DNA of 64,000 nt from Octopus bimaculoides (GCF_001194135.2 NC_068985.1:115031155-115095154), one strand, 5' to 3'. Shown: positions 39,785-52,433, counted from the stretch's first letter. The notes: generated by a model from the sequence alone, not told the origin. Made by a program: numbers and translations.

Positions 39785-39786
<2 letters not shown>

Positions 39787-40149
39787 CAAGAGCACTCAGA
39801 GAGTGCAAACCTTCGCCAAGGCAACACCAACGTCTTGTCAAAGATTAGCCAGAGATGATTTTTAAAATGAGAATACCTGAAATAAACTAGACTGCTCTCA
39901 CAAACGAGAATACTAAAAATTAACCCAACCGCTCTCAAAAATTAAGTAAAAAAAAAAAAAAAATGGAGAAATAATCCAGAATCCTTGTCCGGTAGTGGAT
40001 CGATCCCAAAACGTAATCGGTTCGTTCCAGTCACGAGACCAAACATCCCTGAAAGTTTCATCGGAATCCATCCAGCGGTTCTTCAGAGGACAAACAAACA
40101 AACAAACAAACACGACTGAAAACAATACCTCCGCCTTCACCAAGGCGGA

Positions 40150-40153
<4 letters not shown>
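39785..40153 (+). mobile_element. Helentron/DINE-1-like non-autonomous element (HINE-like)
   Basis: 5' hairpin GCACTC-AGA-GAGTGC, subterminal ACCTTCGCC, internal (CAAA)n, and a perfect 12-bp 3' hairpin TACCTCCGCCTT-CACC-AAGGCGGAGGTA (40126-40153). (TAA)n lies on both flanks. Confidence 0.6.
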
Positions 40154-40200
<47 letters not shown>

Positions 40201-40201
<1 letters not shown>

Positions 40202-40650
40202 GATCCGGTTGTTATTTATAGTTTCAATGTGTTACGAAGATTGACAGGAAAATCCATTAGCCGTTGACTTGTAATACGATGCACCACCCAAAGGCAGACG
40301 CAGATCGTCTTTACCTACCCAGAGCTTAAGGAGGTGGAGGCTTCATCAAATTTGAAATCTCTTGCAAAACCACAACAATTTGATTGACAAAATATCTTGG
40401 AACATCTAACGACTGGATGCTAAAGCCCGTTGAAAACCATAAAAGACGTAAGAAACTTCATTCTGTTATGAAGGAGAGCAAAACAAATTCAAGTGTGTTT
40501 ATGCATAATATCTAAGTTGAACAGCATGATGGAAGTGCGGCAACTGCAGTTGCAAAGAAGGTGAAATCAATAGCAAAGCAAAATGGTTTTGAACAATTGG
40601 TTGATAGGAGGTAACAAAAACCTCTGCATGGCAAATATGTGCCTCGTAGC
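40201..40650 (+). mobile_element. R4/Dong-clade non-LTR retrotransposon fragment (decayed ORF)
   Basis: Translates with stops and frameshifts as PVVIYSFNVL...IDRKI..LTCN.MHHPKADADRLYLPR.*GG.G...QKPLHGKY. HHPK..VDRLYLPR..GGRGL and K.LHG.Y are post-RT motifs of the R4 clade. Confidence 0.8.
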
Positions 40651-40980
40651 AAAACACACACACACGTAACTATGTATGTGTTTTGCGTTAGTGTCTGTTC
40701 TCGCCACCGCCTGACAACCGGTGATCAGTGTAGATTTGTTTACTTCGCGATTCTCTATCGGTTTTCTGATAAAACAAAGCATATTTTCCCTCTTTCAAAT
40801 ATCAAATTCAGAAAATATTTCCTACGACCTCTCCCCTTGGCCCCATATTCTTGCTGTTGCCAGCACATCTTTTCCCGGGTTTTTGCCACATTTCATCAGC
40901 ATTAAAGCTATCTCAATTTTGCTGAAAAAAAAAACGGATGGTACATTTTCCATCACTTGTAAGTATAGAGAATCGAGCGT

Positions 40981-41310
40981 TGCTGACGATTTAAAAAGAT
41001 TGGCGAAAATGTTTTACAAACTTTCTCCGGTACCCACTCGTCCGACACCGTTAGCTCATCCTTGTTCTTGAATTCCATCACTTCTCATTTATATCATACT
41101 ATCTCCTTCCTGTATCTGTGTAGATTCTTCCTTCTGCAGACCAGAGCAGCACTTGTAATTTTTTGTTCTAAAATCTCTTTCAAGTTGTCTCATCGCTTTA
41201 CAGAATACAGAATACTCGCTGTGATCATCCGTGTACCTCCTCATAGTATTCTGTATCTCTAGCAATTTCCTTGATTCCTCCGAGATTCTTTCATTCAGCT
41301 CTAGCTGGTA
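40981..41310 (-). mobile_element. RTE-clade LINE fragment (linker upstream of RT)
   Basis: ERISEESRKLLE...EYSVFCKAMRQL, then after a frameshift RKNL.R.RKEI...FKNKDELTVSD...EKVCKTF, then NLFKSS. Confidence 0.7.
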
Positions 41311-41540
41311 TACTCCTCTTCCTTCCCACATAAAACTTTTCATATTCTGAATGAGGTAAACCAGCATAAGTGACGGGGGTAAACCAGCATAAGCTGTCGG
41401 GCCCCGCTGCTGATATTGGAGGTTGCGTTCTATGACTTGATCCGAGCATAGAACGGGGCTCGCCCCTTTGAGTTTGGGAAATAAATGGAATATCTGGTCT
41501 TGTTGTGGTTAGCAACTTCTAAAAAATGTGGAATAGGCCT

Positions 41541-41585
<45 letters not shown>

Positions 41586-41845
41586 AAGGGCATTAACNNN
41601 NNNNNNNNNNNNNNNNNNNNNNNNNNNNNNNNNNNNNNNNNNNNNNNNNNNNNNNNNNNNNNNNNNNNNNNNNNNNNNNNNNNNNNNNNNNNNNNNNNNN
41701 NNNNNNNNNNNNNNNNNNNNNNNNNNNNNNNNNNNNNNNNNNNNNNNNNNNNNNNNNNNNNNNNNNNNNNNNNNNNNNNNNNNNNNNNNNNNNNNNNNNN
41801 NNNNNNNNNNNNNNNNNNNNNNNNNNNNNNNNNNNNNNNNNNNNN

Positions 41846-41878
<33 letters not shown>

Positions 41879-41902
41879 CACCCACGCACACACTAGCTAA
41901 AG

Positions 41903-42005
41903 ATTACACAGTGGGAGCGCTAAGCAGTGACAAATAAAATTGTAATGTTATTATCAGTTAGAACATGCTTTTACTTATCACTGCTTAGCGCTCTTCCTCT
42001 GTAAT
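41903..42005. repeat. Imperfect 28-bp inverted repeat (fold-back)
   Basis: Perfect 16-bp core GAGCGCTAAGCAGTGA(41915-41930)/TCACTGCTTAGCGCTC(41978-41993), extended by ATTACA/TGTAAT. Confidence 0.9.
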
Positions 42006-42086
42006 TTACTTACGGTGAGCCGCCGTACAGCACCATCAGTCGCCGCAGGGCAACTGGAAAAGCTTAAGAGAGTCAGTCTCTTCAAT

Positions 42087-42186
42087 CAGCTCGTAGCGCC
42101 ACCTGCATGGTATCCGTGACTGAAGAAGGGATAACTACTCCGAAATGATTGCGTCTCACGGTCTAGGTTGGTGGCGCTGCGAGCTG
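42087..42186 (+). ncRNA. Type I hammerhead ribozyme with extended helix I
   Basis: 17-bp outer helix (42087-42103/42170-42186), internal loop, CCGTGA/TCACGG, core CTGAAGA(42120-42126), extra A, GGG/TCC helix II, GAAA(42142-42145), helix III and GTC triplet (42153-42155). Confidence 0.8.
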
Positions 42187-42388
42187 GTCTAGGTGTATAC
42201 ACACTATTTGTCAATAGAACGGGATATATTTTCCGTGACAAAACGCAGAGAGTAGCTTGTTCACCAGTTCGAACGTGCCTCAACCATATTTGGACTGATG
42301 ATAACATTACAATTGGATAAAGAATATTTATCCACCAATGCACCAGTGCGGTGTGTGACATTCCTTTTCTCTGTTCGATATTACTATG

Positions 42389-42432
<44 letters not shown>

Positions 42433-42674
42433 TGTGTGCGTGTGTCCAAATGTACACTCATACATTTTGAAATGCACATCTATATATATATATCTGTATA
42501 GTAATATACGTATGAATGAGCATAAGTTTTTATGTACATATGTATATAATTGTATGTAATTTCACTTTTATTTAATCCTAATTTATTCATTTTTCATCTT
42601 TTTTTATTTTATGGTTATTCTTTTGAATCGATGCTCATTAGGATTAGAGAATTTAAAGCTAATTTCTCGCCGCC

Positions 42675-42759
<85 letters not shown>

Positions 42760-44149
42760 TCATGAGTATAATAAAAATATATTCCATCTGCACTGCGTTT
42801 GAATTGTATAAATATATTTTGATTACTTTCGTAATTACATTTTCATCCTTAATAAATCGAAACAAATGCATTTTAAATTTTCAGAAATTAGAGTAAAAAC
42901 TAATTCCTTCATTTATCGAATACCCATTACTTTCATAATTTTTAAACTAGCATAACTATTGTCAGATATTCGTGTTCTTTATCCGTGCAATTAATACATA
43001 AATACATTTGTGAGGCATTAGAGTGAGACTCCTAAATTAGTGCTTCGTATTAAAAAGTACTTTTTATATAGTTTAGGTATAAAAGAAATATATAAAACAT
43101 TTTAAGATTCACCATTTCTTCTACACAAAGCATAAAAATCCGAAGACTATATTTTTTTAAATAGCATAATAAAGAATGGTGCTGGGGGTGTCCAACAATT
43201 CTCACTAAGAAGAATAAGTGGTACTAACTTTTAAAGATTTTTGTCATTTGACAGAACAAGGCGTAATAAAATCAAAAATAGCTTTATTAAATTGATTTTG
43301 AAACTATAAATTTTAGTCTGATAAAAGTAAATTAAAATAAAAGCCAAATTGATAATGAAATTGCTTAAATCGTAAAATAAGTAGGTTTCTGTAAATAAAT
43401 TAATGAAATTATGCTATGTGTATATACAGGCGATGCGGGTTCAAGACTCGCAGTCAATTTTCGACTTTTTCTATACAAGGAGATTTTAACCTAATATTTA
43501 CATGCTATTATTTAGCCTAATATTTACATGCTATTATTTACAGTTATCTACTTCGAGATTCACTCCCTCCACCAAAAAAACAAAAACAATTCGCGTTCTC
43601 GATATTTCTAGATTCTTATAGAGCCAACAACCTGTCATTCTCGGTGACGAGAATGACATTTCAACAATTAGTAGAAAAGCTCAGATAATTGTCTTCATAG
43701 AATATTTGTCAGGGGTTTGAAAAGATATGGGTTCGCGTCCCACGCGTGGAGTTCAACACTCTCGAACCGAAGGGTTTCTTATGAAGTCAACATTGTCTAT
43801 ATATGTATAATTAAACATACAATACAGTTACGATGTATTAATAGTTTCATGCATTGAAGATGTAACCTAGGCAAGTTTTAATGACACACCTTGTGTTTCC
43901 AAGTTTCCATTCAGGCTCAGCGCACATGGACCATACAATTTACAAATCAGAAGGCTAGAACAAGAAAAATGACGAGAAAAAGCGAGAAGAAGGTTGATGT
44001 AAAAAGTAAAAGGGTGAAAATAAACGGAGAAAGAAACGAAAAAAAGAAGCAAGATTTGAGTTATGTCCTCTTTGACCGTAAAGCCATAATAAAGATGATT
44101 TCTGTAGAAATGATCAGCGGAGAGGAGCCAAAATCTGTGATGCAGCTAC

Positions 44150-44622
44150 TCAATTCGGAGAAGGTTGTGTCCTCCAACTCACCAAAATAATTTTTTTCAT
44201 ATGTTTGCATTTGTTGAAGATCTTTAATCTGGAATTCAGAAGTGCGGTGGAATATTTAGATCTAATGAGGACGTGCAATCTTTCAGCTACGCATACCTTG
44301 GTTTTCTTAGATCCATTAACATATGGCATGAATTTTTCAACGATTTTATACTTGATTGTATGTGGAGTGGAGTTGGTCAAACCCTATACGAGGCTAGCCA
44401 ACTGAGTGGCTTTACTGTTGTTTCTGTGTCGGAAGGAAGATTAGTGGTTAGCATAGCGATTTTTGAAGTCACCTTCACATAGAATGATGTAGCTCTTCTT
44501 TTCAGTTATGTTATCACCAAGCGTTGCTCCGACATCTGCCTTACATATGACAGAATATATCATGCATTCTTGGTCAAATGGACAAGGTCCATGGTCTCGA
44601 CAGTTACAACTAAGAGTGGTCG

Positions 44623-44623
<1 letters not shown>
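44150..44623 (-). mobile_element. Penelope-like element GIY-YIG endonuclease remnant (pseudogene)
   Basis: One frame with two stops: CNCRDHGPCP...SVICKA...KSYIILCEGDFKNRYANH*SSFRH...ATQLASLV*GL...IKYKIV...LLNSR..IFNKCKH. The 5' end is truncated at (TA)n. Confidence 0.85.
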
Positions 44624-44658
<35 letters not shown>

Positions 44659-45343
44659 ATATATATGTATATATCGATCTTATGCTGATATACATATATA
44701 TATCTCAAAACTACTTTTCAAAATGTGGCACTTATTTCTTCATTCTTTTCGCCGAACCTCTAAGTTAGTGGGAACGTAACGAACCTGCACCAGTTGTCAA
44801 CTGATGGGGAGGGTCAAACACAAAGAAGAATATATACTTAGATATATATACATACATATATATATATATGCATATATTTATTATTCAGCAAGAATGTTGC
44901 TGACAGTGACTTCTAAGTTTCGGCCAACTATATACAAAAGCATATAATCACCCATCAGATGAATGTAAAATTGTTTTTATTAGAACTGAAATTAAAACAA
45001 AGATTAATGTATGCATACGTATATATATATTTATACACACGCACACACGCATATACACATAAACACAAACACACACACGTACATACACATGTATATACGT
45101 CGGGCTTTTACTTTCCGTCTACCAATCTACTCACATGGTTTTTGTCGTCCTGGATGTATAGAAAATACCACGCGCTGAGACAGACCTTGGGACCATGTAT
45201 ATATGTTTGTATGCACATCAGTATCCATACATACATACATACATACAAGCATACATACATACAAGCATACATACATACAAGCATACATACATACATACAT
45301 ACATACCTACATATTATATATTATATATCTATGTATATATGTA

Positions 45344-45394
<51 letters not shown>

Positions 45395-46151
45395 GTAAGT
45401 GTGTGTGAGTGCGTGCGCTTGCGTATGCGCGTGTGTGTGTTTCTGTATGTATTATGTAATGGCAGTCCGTTCAAAATCGATCAGGTTACACCTTCTATTG
45501 TTGCATACTACACCAGTATCACCTCTGTTAGCTTTTCCAGGAAGATTACATGGTTGCGTCTGTTAGCTTCTTCTCTTAGCATCAAAATAATTACTGAGTC
45601 AAGCAGACACGCGCGTGCGCTAACAGACAGCAGACAGATACACACACATAGCCATACACACACAGACATACACTAAATTTGATGCTGACTTTATTGTTAA
45701 AAGTACTAATCAATTAAGCTAACACGCCGTATTAGGAATTCAATTTAGGATTAATTATGGCATAAACAAGAACGGAAATGTTCCCTCGATAGACACGTTA
45801 GTGAAAACAAGGAGATTACAGAATATTTCATCTCAGTTAAACGGTCGGTTTCGTTGCAGTTTTGGAGGTGGGAATGTGCTGAGTGTGAGCGTATATACGT
45901 GTGTTTGGTATATGTGTATGTTTGTGCGTGCGTATGCACACATAGATACTACATACATACCTACATACATGCATACATATCTACATACATATATACTTAT
46001 ATATATATATTTACACAAAGTCCTAGAAGTGCTAGGTTTTGCGAAGAAAGAGTAAAATAGACTGACGCGCATTCTCCCAATCCAATTTATTAACGGTTCA
46101 GTGAAAATTTGCCAGACATTCCAAAGTTTCTCCATCTGAGATTCTTTAGAC

Positions 46152-46410
46152 CATTGGTTCTCAATCATCTTTTCGCTACGGACCCAATTGATTCTCATTT
46201 AACTCACGAGGAGGGAGCCTCATTGCCAATCGATGTCTAAAATCTCCTATTATATTTTTTATGATTAAATATTGTTAAGAACTATATCGAAAAATGCTTG
46301 AATATACTGTGTATTGAAGAAATATATCAAATTTATTGCACATAAATCTTAGCAACAAAGACCTTATATGGATCATCAAGGGCCAAATGGACCCTGGTTG
46401 AGAACCACTA
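46152..46410. mobile_element. hAT (Charlie-like) MITE
   Basis: Terminal inverted repeats CATTGGTTCTCAATC / GGTTGAGAACCACTA. The flanks CTTTAGAC and TTCTAGAT resemble the NTCTAGAN target. Confidence 0.65.
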
Positions 46411-46594
46411 AATTCTAGATAAACAGATGCAGACACATTATTGTGTGTATCAACGATTCAAGTAACGTACAGGCTCAATAACGTAGTTACAAACACCAGG
46501 AACCCTCTTTACATTAGTAGACTTCTCCCTTTGCCAGTGACACGCTTGAACTTTAAGAAGAACTAGATTAAAATCTAAGAAACACACACACACG

Positions 46595-46663
<69 letters not shown>

Positions 46664-47699
46664 NNNNNNNNNNNNNNNNNNNNNNNNNNNNNNNNNNNNN
46701 NNNNNNNNNNNNNNNNNNNNNNNNNNNNNNNNNNNNNNNNNNNNNNNNNNNNNNNNNNNNNNNNNNNNNNNNNNNNNNNNNNNNNNNNNNNNNNNNNNNN
46801 NNNNNNNNNNNNNNNNNNNNNNNNNNNNNNNNNNNNNNNNNNNNNNNNNNNNNNNNNNNNNNNNNNNNNNNNNNNNNNNNNNNNNNNNNNNNNNNNNNNN
46901 NNNNNNNNNNNNNNNNNNNNNNNNNNNNNNNNNNNNNNNNNNNNNNNNNNNNNNNNNNNNNNNNNNNNNNNNNNNNNNNNNNNNNNNNNNNNNNNNNNNN
47001 NNNNNNNNNNNNNNNNNNNNNNNNNNNNNNNNNNNNNNNNNNNNNNNNNNNNNNNNNNNNNNNNNNNNNNNNNNNNNNNNNNNNNNNNNNNNNNNNNNNN
47101 NNNNNNNNNNNNNNNNNNNNNNNNNNNNNNNNNNNNNNNNNNNNNNNNNNNNNNNNNNNNNNNNNNNNNNNNNNNNNNNNNNNNNNNNNNNNNNNNNNNN
47201 NNNNNNNNNNNNTATATATATATATATATGTAGGTATACATGTATATATATATACATATATTCATGATGATTGCGACATGTCAAAAGAAAGCTATTTCAT
47301 ATTCGATTATGAAACATCTGTCCATCATTGGACTTAAGTGATGAAATCTTGTACACAGGTTTACCATTCTCTTGGTCACCATATTAGGCTCTAATGACAA
47401 GCATTTTAACATAACTGCTACTATTTTGACCACAAGTTTTATGGTAGGGAATCTTTCTCCTAGGAGAGCTACCTTCCGCACAGCTTTGCCGAAAATAACG
47501 AGAGCCTCCTCTGCATCTGCGAAATATATATAAGTCATACACTACACTAGCGAGTCAGAACAGACCTGAGACTGTACAGTGCAGATTCAGAACAGACCTG
47601 AGATTAATGGTGATTAAGGGATGACTCCATGCTTTCTTGAAACTCAGAGCTCCCAAACTGGACCCTCATCGCCGGTTGCAGTTTAATGTCACACCCAAA

Positions 47700-48290
47700 A
47701 CATACATATGTACATACATACATACATGCTTGCATACACACATACATGTATACATACATACATGCATACATACATAACACACATATATGCACACATACAT
47801 ATATACATACATACACATACAGACATACATGTATGCATGCATACACACATACATACACACATGCATACAGACACATACATACTTCCATACATACACACAT
47901 ACCTACATACATGCATACACGCATATATACACACATACATATATACAGGCATGTATGTATGCATGCATACACACATGCATAATGCATACATGCATGCACA
48001 TTCATATATACATACATACAAACACACACATACACACACATACATACATACATACATGCATACATACACGCATACATAGACACATGCATACAAACACATA
48101 CATACACACATATTTATATATATACATAGAGACACACATACAAACAAATACATACACACTTACACACACATACACACACACATCCATCCATCCATCCACC
48201 CATCCACCCACCCGTCCATCCATCCATCCATCCATCCATCCATCCATACATACATACATACATACATACATGCACGCATGCATACATACA
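47700..48290. repeat. Degenerate (CATA)/(CA)/(CATC) satellite
   Basis: Read directly. Confidence 0.9.
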
Positions 48291-48769
48291 ATGATCTATC
48301 AAGTGATTTTTTTCTTTTATTTTTTCCCCGTAAATGCTCAGCTTAGAAATAATGTGTTTACATCTTTATTTTACCCACATCAAAGCTCTGAAAAATATAT
48401 CACTAAACTTTCATCTCCTATCTTTTACGTTTCAGTGATTGGACTGCGGGCATGGTGGAGCACCTCTTTGAAGGTGTTAGTCTAGCAAATACATCCCAGT
48501 AATTCTTTATGTCTAGAATTGATCTTATCCGTTTCTTTTTGCAGAACCGTTGAATTTACAGGGATGTAAACAAGCCAACACCGATTGTCACGTGGTGAGA
48601 AAAAGAGACAAAGTCACGGAAACTGTACGGAAGCTCGCTAGTTTGCATCAAGGTTAATTAGTTCTGTAATGTTGAATGCCAGAAGAAGGAAGATGTAATC
48701 TGATTTTGTATTGAGTAAAGAAAACCTCGTGGTTATTCCACAGGCCACACCAGATGTAAAATATGATTT

Positions 48770-48792
48770 GATAGTAGTAGTAGTAGTAGTAC

Positions 48793-48834
<42 letters not shown>

Positions 48835-49021
48835 TAGTAGTAGTAGCAGCAGCAGCAGCAGCAGCAACATCAGCAGGAATAGGAGTAGTAATAGCATTAG
48901 TCCTAATAATTGTAATAGTAACAACGTCAGTTGTTGAAACAGTGGTACTATAGCTAGTAGTAGCAGTAGCAGCAACAGCATTAGTTGTAGTAGCAGCAGC
49001 ACCAGTTGTAATGAAACCGTA

Positions 49022-49076
<55 letters not shown>

Positions 49077-49167
49077 CAGCAGCAGCAGCTGCAGTAGTAG
49101 GAGTAGTAGAATCACCATCACAGTTATAATCACCATTGTCACCACCATCATCGTCAGCAGTAGCATC

Positions 49168-49235
<68 letters not shown>

Positions 49236-49290
49236 CAGTGGTGTTGGTGTTGGTGGTGGTGCTGGTGGTGGTGCTGGTGCTGGTGGCAGT
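48770..49290. repeat. (TAG)n/(CAG)n/(TGG)n compound tract
   Basis: Read directly. Confidence 0.9.
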
Positions 49291-51109
49291 GGCTTTGTCA
49301 GCTGTTTTTGTCTGCGCTCCTTATTTTTATATAGGAAGAAGCCAGGTAGTTTCTTAATTGCAATATCTTGGTTTTTGCACACGTCAAAAATCCGCCATTC
49401 CTCACCGCGGTGCTCCGCGTGGTAGCCGTGGGGTGGTGGTGGTGGTGTTGTTGGTGGTGCTGGGGCAGTATATAGTGCAGGACTTCGCCTGTATATATGC
49501 ATAAGTATATGCGTACGCGCTTCTGTGTGTTTGTGCCTGTGTATGTGTATGCATATGTGTATGCGTCATATAGAACGTTTCCGAGATTAATCGGATACCA
49601 CATTGCAACAAGAAAAGATGAAAGCAAAGTACAAAAAACGAAACGAAGAAAAAAAGGAGAGAAGAAAGGACGGAAAAAGTGGGAAGAAAGATGGAGGAGG
49701 ATGATAGATAGAAGGTGGAAGATATTTCTGCAACTAGAAATAGGTACATGCAACGAGGAAAAACGAAAAAAAAAAAGAATTAAAAGAAAGAAAACAAAGA
49801 AGTCTTAAATTATGAATGATGATGGGAGCGGTTTAGTGATGGTGATGGTGGTGCCGGCTTGTAGTCTTCGTAGTTTAGTGGCGGTGATTTAGTGGTGGGT
49901 GAGGATTTATAATAGTAGGGATAAACGCGTAGTGGAAGTTTATTAGCAGTGGATCACTTCTTGTAATTTAGCCCCAGACAACGACAGGAAGCCTATGATG
50001 AAAATTATTTCAACAGTGATCACCACATTTGTATTCCTAGATGTAGAACACGTGGGAAAGTTTTACCCAAACTGTGCTTTTCAAAAATGCTGTGGTGTAA
50101 TCTGAAGAAGATTTGGTTGCTATTTCTAGTATAGTAGCGAAAGCAGTTTCGTAGACGAGCAAAAGAACAGAAAATAATAGAAAATGGAAAATTACACCAA
50201 GTTGTACATTGGAATGCAGCAGGGTTGTTTTGGTGAGTGAAAATAAACTTTATTGCAATAATATGGGTTAAAGACTGTTATTAGTGTTCAGAGAGAAATA
50301 TGAAGTAATAAAAAATTTAGGGAGCTCAATGTATACCGAAGATTAGTGTGTTCATTACAGTAACAAAGAAAGCTAATTAGGTATGGAGCAAATTCAGTAA
50401 GAAATTAAGAACAATTAAAGTAAGAATGAATAACGGATATATTAGTCAAAGTAGGATTGTTGTTGTGAATAAAGTGTGAATAACGAAAATACTTGATTAA
50501 ATATAATAAATGAATACAGGCGAAGAAATGTAAAGGATTGCGTCACACTAATTCTCTTACAGTAATTAAGAGAATGCCAGAAATAATGTCTTTAAAATCT
50601 GGATTACGTTAGTGGATGGAGTTCTTATAATCTTCAGTTTAAACTTCTATAGTCTTGTAGCACAGGTAAAAGGCCTGTACGTACTTGAAGCAGTTCTTTC
50701 GTTATATATATTAGTAGCTTATTCTTAGCGAATACAATGGTTACATTTTCACTTAAGTATGAATTGCAAGATTTCTTATTTCCAGAACAGGATTTAAACT
50801 TTGGTTAATATCTTCTGCTTCAGTGTGCAGTAAGCATTATCCTTTAAAATTTAAACAAATGTGTGTGGTTGTTGCATCGTCGTTTGAATGAGGTACAGTA
50901 GGATAAATTTTCATTTTACATTTCATTTTCCTACTCTATGGTCTTATAATACTTCCTTTAAATTTTTTGTTGAATCAATATGTTTCTTCTACCACTGATA
51001 TCACACTTCCATATAGATTTATGAATGTAATAAATTTACAACCGCACAAACTTATATACATACATAGTACGTGCATACATACATACATACATACATACAT
51101 ACATACATC

Positions 51110-51194
51110 TGGCACTCTGTCGGTTACGGTGAGGATGGTTCCAGTTGACCCGATCAACGGAACAGCTTGCTCGTGAAATTAACGTGCAAGTGGC
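51110..51194 (-). mobile_element. 5'-truncated SINE family B tail
   Basis: Matches 24510-24600 and abuts (CATA)n. Confidence 0.75.
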
Positions 51195-51427
51195 GAAATT
51201 GGGGGAAGAAAGGGTGAGGTCTAAGGGATGGAGTGGGGTGGGATTGGATTATAGGGATGCTGGGGTTGGAATGTGTAGGGATGGGGTAACGAGGGAGGGG
51301 TGAAGATGAAGGGAGAGGGTGGAAGGGAGAAGGTGGGTACGAGTGAAGAGAGGAAGTAGGTGTCAGAGAGAGGAGCGATGGGTGGGAGAAAGTAGGTGTG
51401 AGAGGAAGAGAAGAGCGAGGAGGAGGG

Positions 51428-51682
51428 TTAGATGAAGTAGGGAGGAGAGTTGATTCCATGTGGCGTACAGGAGCGAAGATAGAAGATTAATCCCTGTTCA
51501 CGGCGAAGACAGGAGTCCGAATGGACTCTGTGCAAGGACAATCCGAACACAGACAGGTGTTGTAAAGAATAACCAGTAGAGCGGAAATGGCGCGAGACCG
51601 CGGTATCGTTGTCAAGTCTGATGTCTCGGAGGTGTTCCGCGAACCGGTCAGCCAAGCGGCGTCCTGTTTGACCGATGTATAG
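51428..51682 (-). mobile_element. Penelope-like element GIY-YIG endonuclease C-terminal remnant
   Basis: Open frame LYIGQTGRRLADRFAEHLRDIR...AVSRHF...REQGLIFYL...PHGIN..., followed by a pyrimidine-rich 3' region. The 5' end is cut by (TC)n. Confidence 0.9.
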
Positions 51683-51685
51683 AGA

Positions 51686-51735
<50 letters not shown>

Positions 51736-51885
51736 GAGATGCAGTAGATGACGTTGCTCGAAGTGCAGGTGAAGGAGTCAGTGATATGATAGGGTCATTG
51801 CTGGGTGCCTGTGAGGAGATGCATACACAGAAACATACACTCATACGCCCGCACACACAAACACAAACACACACACACACACACA

Positions 51886-51920
<35 letters not shown>

Positions 51921-52371
51921 GTATATATAAGTGCGTCTAAATATATGGTGAGAATAAATGGATCATTCAAATATTCTTTTCATCATTACGGTTTTAGAAT
52001 TTGCTTTGAGAGCTGATTAGTTTATTGCATAATCGGAATAAGTTATTTTATCAGAAAATTTTAAATTATGTAATTTTAGTTAATCAATTGCCTCCATTGC
52101 TGATATCCCGGAAATACAGAAGTATAAATTCTTCGTTTGGTTTATCAGATCTTTTATTCTTTTTACTTGTTTTATTCAACTGTGGCCTTGCTGGGGTACC
52201 GCCTTGAAATGTTAGGCGAATGAATCGACCCCACTACCAAATTTTTAAGCCGGGTACTTATTTTATCGGTCTCTCTTGCAGAACCGTTAGGAATATGGTG
52301 GGAATGCAAACACACCGACGTCGGTTGTCAAACGGTCATTGAAGGACACACACACATACATACAGATAACC

Positions 52372-52433
<62 letters not shown>

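Noticed and set aside
41395-41500. HDV-like ribozyme
   Set aside because: A P1-like helix exists, but the P1.1/P3 pseudoknot pairings could not be satisfied on either strand.
44094-44120. Hammerhead-like string CTGATCA...GAAATC downstream of the 44150 GIY-YIG remnant
   Set aside because: G8 is replaced without compensation and there is no helix I.
47281-47538. 85-aa minus-strand ORF, possibly an exon or Gypsy C-terminal remnant (GKPVYKI in another frame)
   Set aside because: No recognisable domain, weak splice context and only a tenuous retroelement motif.
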